Virus record (IMG/VR): IMGVR_UViG_3300000115_000010
Coordinates: 1-64,000 of that record
Direction: 5' to 3' (one strand)
DNA from: an uncultured virus (IMG/VR IMGVR_UViG_3300000115_000010)
Taxonomy: Duplodnaviria > Heunggongvirae > Uroviricota > Caudoviricetes
Length of the DNA: 64,000 nt
Shown: positions 26,232-35,818 of the stretch, piece after piece
Layout of the letters: every line of letters begins with the position of its first letter
How positions within the stretch are numbered: position 1 is the first letter of the stretch
The notes under the pieces: generated by a model
The model's input: the letters and a program-made list of their open reading frames with translations, nothing else
The model's database searches: none
What the model was told of the DNA's origin: nothing
Position numbers and translations under genes: made by a program

Positions 26232-27647
26232 ATGAAAAAAGATGCAAATAGTATACTAAAAAATATATTTGATAAAGCCGCCAATGCGGTTAATGAAGGT
26301 TACAAAGTACTTCCTCCAATGGATGCCAAGTACCAACCACGTGATGGTTTAGAAGGCCCGTTTACAACATTAAGTGGAAAAGTAGTATACTATGATCCAG
26401 GCGAGGGGGCATATTACGACCCAGATACTGATTTTTATATTTCATACGATGAGTACCAAGAACTAGATAAAGATTATAGTGGTATGAAAACCGAAGGTGT
26501 TGAAACAGATTATGAAAATGAGATTGATCAAATTATTGATGAGATAAAAGAGTTAGGAATAACAGACGTAGATGAAATCGCCAGTGTTGTTGGAAACTTT
26601 ATTGATAATGAAGATGACGCAGCGGAAGTATACGTAACTGTGTTAGACTTTTTGGGACTTGCAGAATCAATTAGCGAAGGTGCAATGGATGATGAGATTG
26701 CCGCATACTACAGGCAGTTAAAACTTCCAAATATGAAATCTTGGAGAAAATTAACAAAAAATGAAAATCTTGGAGGATCTCCATTTAGAGCATCCGCTGC
26801 TAATGCTGAAGATTATGGCATGTTTAGTCAAGATGGTAATTATGAAGTTCAAGAGATTGTCGACGATGCATGTGGAATGGTTAAAAGTGGTGAAGCTGAT
26901 ATTATGAAGGCAGTCGATGCAGCAATGCGAATGCTTACAGATCTAAGTGAAATGGGCGGTCACGAAGAAGCAGAAGACACCGCAGTACGTGATAGTGTTA
27001 CACGAGCTATTTGGAATCGTTGTGATAATGACGATACTAACGAAGGGCATAGTCCACATAAAAAAGGTACAAAGAAATACAAAGCACACATGGCGGCAAT
27101 GCATGCTGAAGATAAAAAGAAAATGGTTAAGGATCCAAAAACAGGTAAGATGGTTCCAAGTTATGCAATAGACGGCAAAGGTGATAATGATCTTAAAGAG
27201 AAGGTATCAATTTCCCAAGTTAAAGAAAGTATCAATACTAAGTCCACAGACAAGAATCGCATAGTAGCGGATTATATTGGCGGATACTTAAATGGAAACC
27301 TTACTGAATCACAAGTTAAAGATGAAATTAAACATGTAGTAAGTCAAATACGCGAATCTGTTGATGCTAACGTAATATACACTAACATGCGTAAAACTAA
27401 TATACAAGAATCTCTTGATAAAAAATTAATGGTAAGAGAAAGTATTGCACAACTCCAAAAAATTGTATCAGACAAGCAAATGATGCCAGTTAAATTTACT
27501 GACGGCAGTATGAAAATTGATATGACTACAGCAAATATAGTTCTAGATGCATACAAAAAAGTTAAGCCTGAAAATCAACAAAAAATAGAAAAAATGATGG
27601 AAACAAAATACGGGTTTAAGCGTTTATTAGATATCATCTATAAATAA
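26232..27647 (+). CDS. Modular probable head-internal polyprotein
   Basis: Many short modules bounded by (I/L/V)xE/ES sites; GLEGPF...GKVVYYDP.EG.YYDP.TD module. Confidence 0.65.
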   Translation: MKKDANSILKNIFDKAANAVNEGYKVLPPMDAKYQPRDGLEGPFTTLSGKVVYYDPGEGAYYDPDTDFYISYDEYQELDKDYSGMKTEGVETDYENEIDQIIDEIKELGITDVDEIASVVGNFIDNEDDAAEVYVTVLDFLGLAESISEGAMDDEIAAYYRQLKLPNMKSWRKLTKNENLGGSPFRASAANAEDYGMFSQDGNYEVQEIVDDACGMVKSGEADIMKAVDAAMRMLTDLSEMGGHEEAEDTAVRDSVTRAIWNRCDNDDTNEGHSPHKKGTKKYKAHMAAMHAEDKKKMVKDPKTGKMVPSYAIDGKGDNDLKEKVSISQVKESINTKSTDKNRIVADYIGGYLNGNLTESQVKDEIKHVVSQIRESVDANVIYTNMRKTNIQESLDKKLMVRESIAQLQKIVSDKQMMPVKFTDGSMKIDMTTANIVLDAYKKVKPENQQKIEKMMETKYGFKRLLDIIYK

Positions 27648-28249
27648 TGATTGCTGACAGTACTGAAGATTTTGTATGGGCGAGTATTGACCCAGATGAT
27701 ATCTGGGTCATGGATAAACTAATACTGTCAAGAAAATTAGGGTACGTTTGTGGTCCAGTTGGGCTTGATGTTCCGATACCAGGATATTATATTGTGCGAC
27801 CATGTGTTAACATGTTAGGTCTAGGGTTAGGGACACGGCGGGTATGGATAGAAAAAGAAACTATGCATTTGCCATTAGGATACTTTTGGTGTGAATTCTT
27901 TGAGGGCAGACACCTTAGTGTAGATTATAACTATGGATTACAGCGGTTATGTGTTGAAGGATTTAAACCATTAGATACATTTACTAAATGGAGCGAATGG
28001 AAACGTACTACAGACTATGTAACCCGTCCTAATATATTACTTGACTTATTAAAAAGATACGAATGGATTAATTGTGAATTTATTGGCGGTAATCTTATTG
28101 AAGTTCATCTAAGACACAACGAAGATTTTGACGGCGGTATTAATCATTTTATTCCAGTATGGGAGGGACAAGACACTACCCCACCAAATGGATATCAATA
28201 TAAAGATTATCCAGACGCACATGGACGTATAGGAGCGTTTATAAAATAA
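27647..28249 (+). CDS. Conserved phage protein, possible ATP-grasp fold
   Basis: DKL.LS, YIVRP..N..G.G.G, EFFEG.H.SVD and INCEFIGGNLIEVHLR resemble ATP-grasp motifs. Confidence 0.5.
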   Translation: MIADSTEDFVWASIDPDDIWVMDKLILSRKLGYVCGPVGLDVPIPGYYIVRPCVNMLGLGLGTRRVWIEKETMHLPLGYFWCEFFEGRHLSVDYNYGLQRLCVEGFKPLDTFTKWSEWKRTTDYVTRPNILLDLLKRYEWINCEFIGGNLIEVHLRHNEDFDGGINHFIPVWEGQDTTPPNGYQYKDYPDAHGRIGAFIK

Positions 28250-28276
28250 ATACATTTAGTATAAAAAGGAAAAACT

Positions 28277-29131
28277 ATGAGTAAATTTACATTTGACTTT
28301 AAAGGAAGATATGTAGCAGACATCTTACATCTTGGTAAAGATGACGCTATGGAATGGTTAGGCGCAATGCAAGATGTATTGCCTAAATATGACATTAATA
28401 CTCCAGAAAGAGTTGCTGGATTTATGGCTCAAACTGGGCATGAATCCAATGGATATAAGGTACTTACTGAAAACTTAAACTACAGTGCAAAAGCACTCGA
28501 TGCTATATTTGGCAAATATTTTAAACGAGCTGGGAGAGATGCAAATGAATATCATAGACAGCCTGAAAAAATTGCGAACGTTATTTACGCAAACAGAATG
28601 GACAACGGTGATACCAATTCCGGTGATGGCTGGAGATTTAGGGGCGGTGGCATACTGCAACTTACAGGTAGAAGCAATTATACAAGATTTGGAGAATCAG
28701 TTGGAATGAGTGCTGAAGAAGCAACTGACTATGTACGCACAAAAGAAGGTGCTCTTGAGAGTGCATGTTGGTTCTGGAAAACAAACAACTTAAACAAATA
28801 CTGTGATAATAATGATATCACAACATTGTCTAAGCGTGTTAATGGTGGTACAATTGGTCTTGAAGATCGTATTAAACATTGGAATCATGCAATGGAATTG
28901 TTTACTGGAGTAGCAGCACCACACGTAGAAGAGAAGCTAGACATTAAACTTATTAAAAAAGGCAGTAAGGGATCGCTTGTTAAAGCAATGCAAGAAGTGC
29001 TTGGACTTGATGCTGATGGCGACTTTGGCCCAGGCACAGAACGTGCGGTCAAATCTTGGCAAGCTGAAAATGGACTAACACCTGATGGCATTGTAGGACC
29101 AAAAACACTAGCTAAGATGGGTATTGAATAA
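28277..29131 (+). CDS. GH19 (chitinase-like) endolysin with C-terminal peptidoglycan-binding domain
   Basis: FMAQTGHES, ENLNYS, FRGGGILQLTGRSNY, VNGGTIGLEDR; DGDFGPGTE..VK.WQ...GLTPDGIVGPKT. Confidence 0.92.
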   Translation: MSKFTFDFKGRYVADILHLGKDDAMEWLGAMQDVLPKYDINTPERVAGFMAQTGHESNGYKVLTENLNYSAKALDAIFGKYFKRAGRDANEYHRQPEKIANVIYANRMDNGDTNSGDGWRFRGGGILQLTGRSNYTRFGESVGMSAEEATDYVRTKEGALESACWFWKTNNLNKYCDNNDITTLSKRVNGGTIGLEDRIKHWNHAMELFTGVAAPHVEEKLDIKLIKKGSKGSLVKAMQEVLGLDADGDFGPGTERAVKSWQAENGLTPDGIVGPKTLAKMGIE

Positions 29132-29325
29132 TGGCAGCAAACGATGATGATCAAGGAAAGTTGGAAATTGCTGTAAGAGTACTAGGTAATGAATTAGTTG
29201 CTCTAAAAATGGTAGTAGATGATTTTAAAATGAAATGGTTAGTAATAGGCGTATTAACTATTGTATCATTATTTTGGGCTGCTAGTAAATTTGGACCAGC
29301 GTTAATGGGAACATTTGGATCATGA
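29131..29325 (+). CDS. Small single-TM protein (holin/antiholin candidate)
   Basis: Hydrophobic WLVIGVLTIVSLFW segment next to the endolysin. Confidence 0.5.
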   Translation: MAANDDDQGKLEIAVRVLGNELVALKMVVDDFKMKWLVIGVLTIVSLFWAASKFGPALMGTFGS

Positions 29326-29516
29326 TAAGCAAACAGTGTAAAGCACATTTAGATGATGTTGGAGAAACAGGATTACAACATATGGCAGTGGCATTAAAAT
29401 CAGCAGTTAAATTACAACTATTGGTTCCTGCACTAATTATTCACAGCATTGCACCTAGGTGCTTTACACATACAGCAACTAATGTGATGAAAGATATTTT
29501 GGAGAAAAGAAAATGA
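29322..29516 (+). CDS. DUF6356-like small protein
   Basis: HL..VGET..QH...A...IH...P..F pattern. Confidence 0.55.
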   Translation: MISKQCKAHLDDVGETGLQHMAVALKSAVKLQLLVPALIIHSIAPRCFTHTATNVMKDILEKRK

Positions 29517-29671
29517 ATTGGATAAAAGAACGTATCAGTGAACGCACCACATGGGACGGTGGCGTGATGATCGCAATGGGGCTGATTGCATTGTTTGCAA
29601 CTAGTTTTATTAAACTTGCGGCAGTTGCAGCAATTGCATATGGCGCATGGACTATTTGGAAAGCAGAATAA
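29513..29671 (+). CDS. Two-TM small protein (holin candidate, 52 aa)
   Basis: MNWIKERISERTTWDGGVMIAMGLIALF...AIAYGAWTIWKAE; GGAG SD; not in the ORF track. Confidence 0.6.
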   Translation: MNWIKERISERTTWDGGVMIAMGLIALFATSFIKLAAVAAIAYGAWTIWKAE

Positions 29672-29672
29672 T

Positions 29673-29972
29673 ATGTGGGATATGATCGAACGCATGGCTA
29701 GCGATAGGCTTTGGATTTACACTGCACTTGCTGGTAGTGTGTTCGGTGCAATTTTCATTGCATATATGAGTACTACACGTATAGGACTTTGGTTTTATGC
29801 TAAAGTAGATCATAGTATGGACTATTTGGTTGCTCGATACGGCTGGACTTGGCTTGAGCAACCAGAAGATGCATGGCGTAAAAAGTACCCACGTATTACA
29901 AAAAAAATAGATGAACTAGAAACTCGTATTGAAGAACTAGAGAGAAAAGACAGCCAATATCATAATTATTAA
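29673..29972 (+). CDS. Membrane protein
   Basis: ATG 29673 after the previous stop; TM LWIYTALAGSVFGAIFIAY; C-terminal coil. Confidence 0.6.
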   Translation: MWDMIERMASDRLWIYTALAGSVFGAIFIAYMSTTRIGLWFYAKVDHSMDYLVARYGWTWLEQPEDAWRKKYPRITKKIDELETRIEELERKDSQYHNY

Positions 29973-29973
29973 C

Positions 29974-30003
29974 TTGACATTTCTATTGTAAACCTGCTAT
30001 ACT
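29974..30003 (+). promoter_or_regulatory. Sigma70-type promoter of the replication operon
   Basis: TTGACA-18 bp-TATACT with TG extension. Confidence 0.7.
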
Positions 30004-30036
30004 GTAGTAAGATTACAATATAAACAAGGAGCAAAT

Positions 30037-30297
30037 ATGCCTACACGATCATTTAGTAGTTCAGAAATTACAAAACTAAAGCAATTAATGAGCGAAGGAA
30101 TTCAAGTAACTAGTGAAGTTGATGCATTAAAAGAAGGTCTTAAAGATACAGTTAAGGCTATTGCTGAAGAAATGGATATGAAACCAGCACTACTTAATAA
30201 AGCAATCCGAATTGCTTATAAAAATGAGTTTGCTCAAACACAGGATAACTTTAGTCAAGTTGAAGAAATTTTAGCGGCTGTAGGTAGAGACAATTAA
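30037..30297 (+). CDS. T4 DsbA/GapR-like dsDNA-binding protein
   Basis: 86-aa helical protein with LK..VK.IAEE.D.KPA.LNK.I pattern, upstream of the polymerase. Confidence 0.65.
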   Translation: MPTRSFSSSEITKLKQLMSEGIQVTSEVDALKEGLKDTVKAIAEEMDMKPALLNKAIRIAYKNEFAQTQDNFSQVEEILAAVGRDN

Positions 30298-30995
30298 TGC
30301 TCGACTTAAAAGTTATTGAAGTAGAACATTACACAGACAAATTATTTAGAATACAAACAGAAAGACCCCGTAGTTTTAGATTTACTGCGGGGGAGTTTGT
30401 TATGATAGGTTTAGAAGATGCACCTAATAGGGCATACAGTATTACTAGTGGTCCATATGATGACTACATTGAGTTCTACAGTATCAAAGTACAAGAAGGT
30501 CCACTTACTAGTAAATTACAACATGTTAAAGTAGGTGATACTATTCGTGTAGGAGAGAAGCCAACAGGTACACTTATACTTGCTAACTTAGAACTAGGTG
30601 GACACCTAGTAATGATGGCAAGTGGTACTGGTATTGCTCCGTTTATTAGTTTACTACGTGAACCAGAAACATACGACTTATTTGAGAACATTACAGTAAC
30701 ATGGACCACTAGGCTACATGCTGAACAGGACTGTTACCGAGACTTCTTGAATGAGATGCCAATTGAATACATCAGCACAGTTACACAAGAGCCAGCTGAA
30801 CTACAAGGACGTATTCAAAAGTTTATGGCGGATGGTACAGTACAGATTGACAATCCTGCTGAACAGCGTATAATGTTATGTGGAAGTGTGGCATTTAATA
30901 ATGATTTGAAAGAACACTTTAACAGTCTCGGATTTAATGAGGGAAACAAACGCACACAAGGTACGTTTGTACAAGAAAGGGCGTTTGTTAGTTAA
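30297..30995 (+). CDS. fpr: Ferredoxin/flavodoxin-NADP+ reductase
   Basis: GEFVMIGL, RAYSITS, GPLTSKL, GTGIAPF, MLCGS and ERAFV C-terminus. Confidence 0.92.
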   Translation: MLDLKVIEVEHYTDKLFRIQTERPRSFRFTAGEFVMIGLEDAPNRAYSITSGPYDDYIEFYSIKVQEGPLTSKLQHVKVGDTIRVGEKPTGTLILANLELGGHLVMMASGTGIAPFISLLREPETYDLFENITVTWTTRLHAEQDCYRDFLNEMPIEYISTVTQEPAELQGRIQKFMADGTVQIDNPAEQRIMLCGSVAFNNDLKEHFNSLGFNEGNKRTQGTFVQERAFVS

Positions 30996-33676
30996 TGTAT
31001 GTAGATGCACATTTTGATCGTAACAAAGATATTATCTATGTTGCTGAACGTATTAATGGCCATAGAGAGTATCGAGAGTACCCGCCAAGCTATATGTTTT
31101 ATTATAAAGACCAACGTGGGAAATATGAAAGTATTTTCGGAGACAAACTCTCACGGTATTCAACTACAAATGGCAAGGCATTTAAAAAAGAAAAGAAAAT
31201 GTATGGTGGACAAACATTATTTGAAAGTGATGTTAATCAAGTTTTCAAATGTTTGGAAAACAACTACTTGGGGAAAGAACCTCCTAAACTAAACACTGCA
31301 TTTTTTGATATTGAAGTTGACTTTGACAAAGATGTAGGATTTGCACCGCCAGAAGATCCGTTTAATCCTGTTACTGCTATTGCTGTTAACTTAAATTGGA
31401 TTGGCAAGACAATATGTATTGCTTGTAAGCCTGATACACTCACTAAAGAAGATGCACAAGAAATTTGTGATAGATTTCCTGACACACTTCTTATGGATAC
31501 AGAAGAAGAACTGCTTCGAACATTTTTAGAGTTAATTGAAGACGCAGACGTAATGAGTGGATGGAATAGTGAAGGATTTGATATTCCATATTTGGTAAAC
31601 CGCATTACACGTATACTTGGAAAAGATTACACACGTAAATTTTGCTTGTGGGATCAACTACCAAAGCGCAGAGAGTTTGAAAAATATGGCAAGGCACAAG
31701 AAACATATGATACAATTGGTCGATTGCATTTGGATTATATGCAACTATATCAGAAGTACACATATCATGAAATGCATAGTTATGCACTAGACGCAATTGG
31801 CGAATATGAGCTCAATGAGCGTAAGATTGCATATTCAGGCACATTAGATGCGTTGTATAATAATGACTTTGAAACTTTTATTGACTACAACCGTCAAGAT
31901 GTGGAATTGTTAGTTAAACTAGATGCAAAGTTGCAGTTTATTGACTTAGCAAATGTTATTGCACATGATAACACAGTACTAATACAAACCACAATGGGCG
32001 CAGTTGCAGTTACTGACCAAGCTATTATTAATGAAGCACATCGCAATGGACTTATTGTTCCAGATAAACAACATGATAAAGTACAAAAGCATTATCCACA
32101 AACAACACAAGCCGCTGGTGCATACGTTGCAACACCAGTTAGAGGACGGCATGAATGGATTGGTAGTATGGATTTAAACAGTCTGTATCCAAGTATTTTA
32201 CGTGGACTTAACTTGAGTACTGAAACAATTGTAGGACAAGTTAGACATACATTAACTGTACCACTATTGCAGGAGTATAAATGGGAAGCTGCTAGAGCAT
32301 GGGAAGGCAAATTTGCCGCACCAGAGTATGAACTAGTAATGGCAAAAGATACCGAAACTCAGCTATGGATTGACTTTGAAAATGGCGAAGAGCTAATGGC
32401 CACTGGTGCAGAGATATATCAAATTATCTTTGAAAGTGGTCAGCCTTGGGTTATATCAAGTAATGCTACTATTATCAAACAAGATAAAAAAGGTATTATT
32501 CCCGGATTGCTAGAGCGTTGGTATGCTGAACGTAAAGTACTGCAAAAGAATGCCAAAGAAGCACAAGGTGTTGATCCTGAGAAATTTACATACTGGGATA
32601 AAAGGCAGTTAGTTAAGAAGATTAACTTAAATAGTTTATACGGTGCGTTACTTAACCCTGGTAGTAGATTCAATGATCCACGCATGGGACAATCAACAAC
32701 ATTAACAGGGCGTACTATTGCTAGACATATGGGAGCAAAAGTAAATGAACTATTTACAGGAGAGTATGACCATGTCGGGGCCAGCATTATATATGGAGAT
32801 ACTGATAGTATCTATTTTAGTGCGTATCCTATATTCAAGGAACAGATAGAAAACGGTGAGTTTGAATGGGACAAAGACAAAGTTAGTGAACTATATGATA
32901 CAGTATGTGAGCAAGCTAATGTAACTTTTCCTGGTTATATGGCAGACGCACATAATGTACAAGACCGTGAGCAGGGAAAAATTATTGCCGCTGCTCGAGA
33001 AATGTGTGCATTATCAGGTATCTTTATCAAGAAGAAACGCTATGCAATCCTAGTATATGACAACGAAGGGTTTAGAGAAGATTATGATGATAAACCTGGT
33101 AAAATTAAAGCCATGGGATTGGACTTAAAACGTAGCGATACTCCTCCATTTATGCAAGATTTTTTGAGTGAACTACTTTTAAAAACACTTACTGGTGTCC
33201 CTAATGAAGAACTTATTGAAAGAATTGTTGAATTCAGACGTGAGTTTAGAGACAAGCCAGCATGGGAGATTGGCACACCTAAGCGTGTTAATAAGCTCAC
33301 ATATTATAATAATTTAGAGTGGGATAAAAAAGGCAGCTACAAAGGTAAAGCAAACATGCCAGGGCATGTTCGTGCCGCAATTAACTATAATCGTCTACGT
33401 GATATCAATAGTGATAAGTTTAGCTTAGATATTATTGATGGTATGAAAACTATTGTATGTAAATTAAAACCAAACCCAATGGGATTTACTAGTATCGGTT
33501 ATCCTACAGATGAAGGCAGAATTCCAGATTGGTTTAAGGAATTACCATTTGATACTGATCTTATGGAGGAGACTATTATTACTAAAAAAATAGAAAACTT
33601 ACTAGGAGTAATAGATATTGACTTATCTAAAGCAGAGGACAAAACTACATTTGAGAGTTTGTTTGATTTTGGATGA
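30995..33676 (+). CDS. Family B DNA polymerase
   Basis: Exo FDIEV, GWNSEGFDIPY and YNRQDV; Pol DLNSLYPS, K...NSLYG, YGDTDS and KKRY. Confidence 0.97.
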   Translation: MYVDAHFDRNKDIIYVAERINGHREYREYPPSYMFYYKDQRGKYESIFGDKLSRYSTTNGKAFKKEKKMYGGQTLFESDVNQVFKCLENNYLGKEPPKLNTAFFDIEVDFDKDVGFAPPEDPFNPVTAIAVNLNWIGKTICIACKPDTLTKEDAQEICDRFPDTLLMDTEEELLRTFLELIEDADVMSGWNSEGFDIPYLVNRITRILGKDYTRKFCLWDQLPKRREFEKYGKAQETYDTIGRLHLDYMQLYQKYTYHEMHSYALDAIGEYELNERKIAYSGTLDALYNNDFETFIDYNRQDVELLVKLDAKLQFIDLANVIAHDNTVLIQTTMGAVAVTDQAIINEAHRNGLIVPDKQHDKVQKHYPQTTQAAGAYVATPVRGRHEWIGSMDLNSLYPSILRGLNLSTETIVGQVRHTLTVPLLQEYKWEAARAWEGKFAAPEYELVMAKDTETQLWIDFENGEELMATGAEIYQIIFESGQPWVISSNATIIKQDKKGIIPGLLERWYAERKVLQKNAKEAQGVDPEKFTYWDKRQLVKKINLNSLYGALLNPGSRFNDPRMGQSTTLTGRTIARHMGAKVNELFTGEYDHVGASIIYGDTDSIYFSAYPIFKEQIENGEFEWDKDKVSELYDTVCEQANVTFPGYMADAHNVQDREQGKIIAAAREMCALSGIFIKKKRYAILVYDNEGFREDYDDKPGKIKAMGLDLKRSDTPPFMQDFLSELLLKTLTGVPNEELIERIVEFRREFRDKPAWEIGTPKRVNKLTYYNNLEWDKKGSYKGKANMPGHVRAAINYNRLRDINSDKFSLDIIDGMKTIVCKLKPNPMGFTSIGYPTDEGRIPDWFKELPFDTDLMEETIITKKIENLLGVIDIDLSKAEDKTTFESLFDFG

Positions 33677-33903
33677 AACTAGATTTACATGGAAAACATA
33701 TTCATGAAGCATGGAAATGTGTTGACAGATTCATTAATGACTGCTATTATGGTAATATTAAAAGATGTGAAATTATCTGCGGTCAAGGTGCTATTAGGAC
33801 TGAAATTGAAACCTGGTTGCATCTAAATAAGCATGTAAAAGAATACAGATTTAATAGTCGCACACAAGGCAGCTATAACATAATACTAACAAAAAGGAAA
33901 TAA
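33673..33903 (+). CDS. Stand-alone Smr-domain protein
   Basis: LDLHG...EA...IICGQG.I motif. Confidence 0.8.
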   Translation: MKLDLHGKHIHEAWKCVDRFINDCYYGNIKRCEIICGQGAIRTEIETWLHLNKHVKEYRFNSRTQGSYNIILTKRK

Positions 33904-33905
33904 GT

Positions 33906-34625
33906 ATGAGAGATTATCTTCTCGATATTGTAAAACATACACGAAGTGTAGGCAACATTGATGCAGTTAAAGTTACTGACGGATTAGTTGTCGAAGCAAA
34001 AGACGACGATAATAAGGTAATTGTGAAAGCAACTTATAAGTCAGCCCCAACAGAATTAAACGGTGTACTAGGGCTACCTAACTTGGATAAACTAAACATT
34101 ATCCTTAATATTCCTGAGTACACAGAAAATGCAAAAATTAGTGTTGAAAATCGTGAACGCAATGGAGAAAGCACACCATTTAGTTTGAAGTTTGAAAATG
34201 CAGGTGGCGACTTTAAAAATGACTTCCGCTTTATGAGTAAGGAACTAGTTACCCAACGTATTCCAGAAGTAAGATTTAAAGGTGCTAATTGGGATGTAGA
34301 GTTTGAACCACATAGTGCAAGCGTACAACGGTTTAAATTCCAAAGCCAAGCAAATAGTGAAGAAAGTGTGTTTATTGCAAAAACTGAAGGCACCAATCTA
34401 AAGTTTTATTTTGGCGATGATAGTGGACATACTGGAAACTTAGTATTTCAGGCAGACATATCTGGATCACTAAAACAAAGCTGGAAATATCCAGTTGCAG
34501 AGGTATTAAACGTATTAAATATCAATGGTGACATTACTATGCGGTTTAGTGATAGTGGGGCACTTAAAATTGATGTAGACAATGGCATGGCCATTTATGA
34601 ATACATCTTTCCGGCACAAAGTTAA
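33906..34625 (+). CDS. Sliding clamp (gp45/PCNA-like)
   Basis: 239 aa next to the polymerase; two-repeat alpha/beta pattern ending YEYIFPA. Confidence 0.7.
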   Translation: MRDYLLDIVKHTRSVGNIDAVKVTDGLVVEAKDDDNKVIVKATYKSAPTELNGVLGLPNLDKLNIILNIPEYTENAKISVENRERNGESTPFSLKFENAGGDFKNDFRFMSKELVTQRIPEVRFKGANWDVEFEPHSASVQRFKFQSQANSEESVFIAKTEGTNLKFYFGDDSGHTGNLVFQADISGSLKQSWKYPVAEVLNVLNINGDITMRFSDSGALKIDVDNGMAIYEYIFPAQS

Positions 34626-35062
34626 TGATAGTTGGGTTCACATGTAGTGTATTTGACCTGCTACATGCAGGTCATATTGCAATGCTACGTGAAGCTAAAG
34701 ATCATGTTGATTACTTAATAGTTGGGTTACAAACTGACCCAACTATTGATAGACCAGACGAAAAGAATAAACCAGTACAGAGTTTAGTAGAAAGATACGC
34801 ACAATTAGCAGCTACTAAATATGTTGATGAAATAATACCTTATCAAACTGAACAGGACTTAACTGACATACTTGAAATGTATCATATTGATATTCGAATC
34901 CTTGGAGAAGAATATCGAGAAAAAGATTTTACTGGAAAAGAAGTTTGTCGCAAAAGAGAAATCGAACTATATTTTAACAAACGAGATCATAGGTTTAGTA
35001 CTAGTGATCTTAGGAAGAGAGTGGAAAATGTACCCTGCCAAAAAAGAAGCTCACCTAAATAA
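34625..35062 (+). CDS. Cytidylyltransferase (TagD-like)
   Basis: FDLLHAGH motif and FSTSDLR. Confidence 0.88.
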   Translation: MIVGFTCSVFDLLHAGHIAMLREAKDHVDYLIVGLQTDPTIDRPDEKNKPVQSLVERYAQLAATKYVDEIIPYQTEQDLTDILEMYHIDIRILGEEYREKDFTGKEVCRKREIELYFNKRDHRFSTSDLRKRVENVPCQKRSSPK

Positions 35063-35216
35063 ACTACGTGAACAACATAAAGATCTTGACATTAGGATCC
35101 AAAAGTTATATAATACAACTAATAGTGAACGTACCTTGAAAACCCTTAAAATTGAGAAATTAGATCTCAAAGATAAAATTACCGAATTGGAGAATAGAAA
35201 TGGTAAAAAAAATTAG
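35028..35216 (+). CDS. DUF465/YdcH-like small coiled-coil protein
   Basis: L...H..LD..I...LK.EKL.LKDKI; ATG 35028. Confidence 0.6.
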   Translation: MYPAKKEAHLNKLREQHKDLDIRIQKLYNTTNSERTLKTLKIEKLDLKDKITELENRNGKKN

Positions 35217-35370
35217 AGTTATTGAACCAGATATTGAAAATACTGGAGATGCAGAAAATATGACAGAGCTAGCAAAATCTATGGATTGGAAGCTATGGGA
35301 AATCTTGCAAATTATGCAGAGATTAGAAAAGAAAATTGGGGCTGATGGTTTAGTTCTCAACGATGACTGA
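35200..35370 (+). CDS. Small hypothetical protein (56 aa)
   Basis: GGAG SD; LAKSMDWKLWEI; fills the gap exactly. Confidence 0.55.
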   Translation: MVKKIRVIEPDIENTGDAENMTELAKSMDWKLWEILQIMQRLEKKIGADGLVLNDD

Positions 35371-35809
35371 TAATTATGAACCCTACGAAGCATATATGCG
35401 ACGGAGATCAAGAGAAGAGGATGCAAAAATGAATAATGCTAAACGTAGTATTTGGGTAACTTTCACTAAAGAAGGTATCCATAAGTATCCAGCAGCATTA
35501 GACGATCCTGCACTAGCAACAGGAGATGAGTATGATGTAAGTTTCTTAGGATACCCACATCGACATACTTTTCACTTTAAAGTACAAATACAAGTAACAC
35601 ACAACGATAGAGACATTGAATTTATTCAGTTCAAACGTTGGTTAGAGAATCTTTATAAAGAAGACATTCTCGAACTAGATTATAAGTCATGTGAAATGAT
35701 TGCGGATGACTTATATCTACACATCAACAGCAAATACCCCGGCCGGTTTGTTGTCATTGATGTCGCCGAAGATGGCGAAAACGGCTGTCAAATTGTTTAT
35801 CCAGCATAA
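35363..35809 (+). CDS. dpdL: QueD-like T-fold protein, DpdL-type (putative 7-carboxy-7-deazaguanine decarboxylase)
   Basis: LGYPHRHTF fits LxxxHRHxF rather than the QueD CxxxHGH; SCEMIA and V.EDGENG T-fold motifs. Confidence 0.65.
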   Translation: MTDNYEPYEAYMRRRSREEDAKMNNAKRSIWVTFTKEGIHKYPAALDDPALATGDEYDVSFLGYPHRHTFHFKVQIQVTHNDRDIEFIQFKRWLENLYKEDILELDYKSCEMIADDLYLHINSKYPGRFVVIDVAEDGENGCQIVYPA

Positions 35810-35818
35810 AGGAATATA

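Noticed and set aside
30995..33676. Intein or intron in the DNA polymerase
   Set aside because: Continuous 893-aa ORF with normally spaced motifs and no homing-endonuclease or splicing signatures.
35363..35809. Canonical QueD
   Set aside because: Lacks CxxxHGH and has LxxxHRHxF, so it is called DpdL-like; QueD activity cannot be fully excluded without assay.
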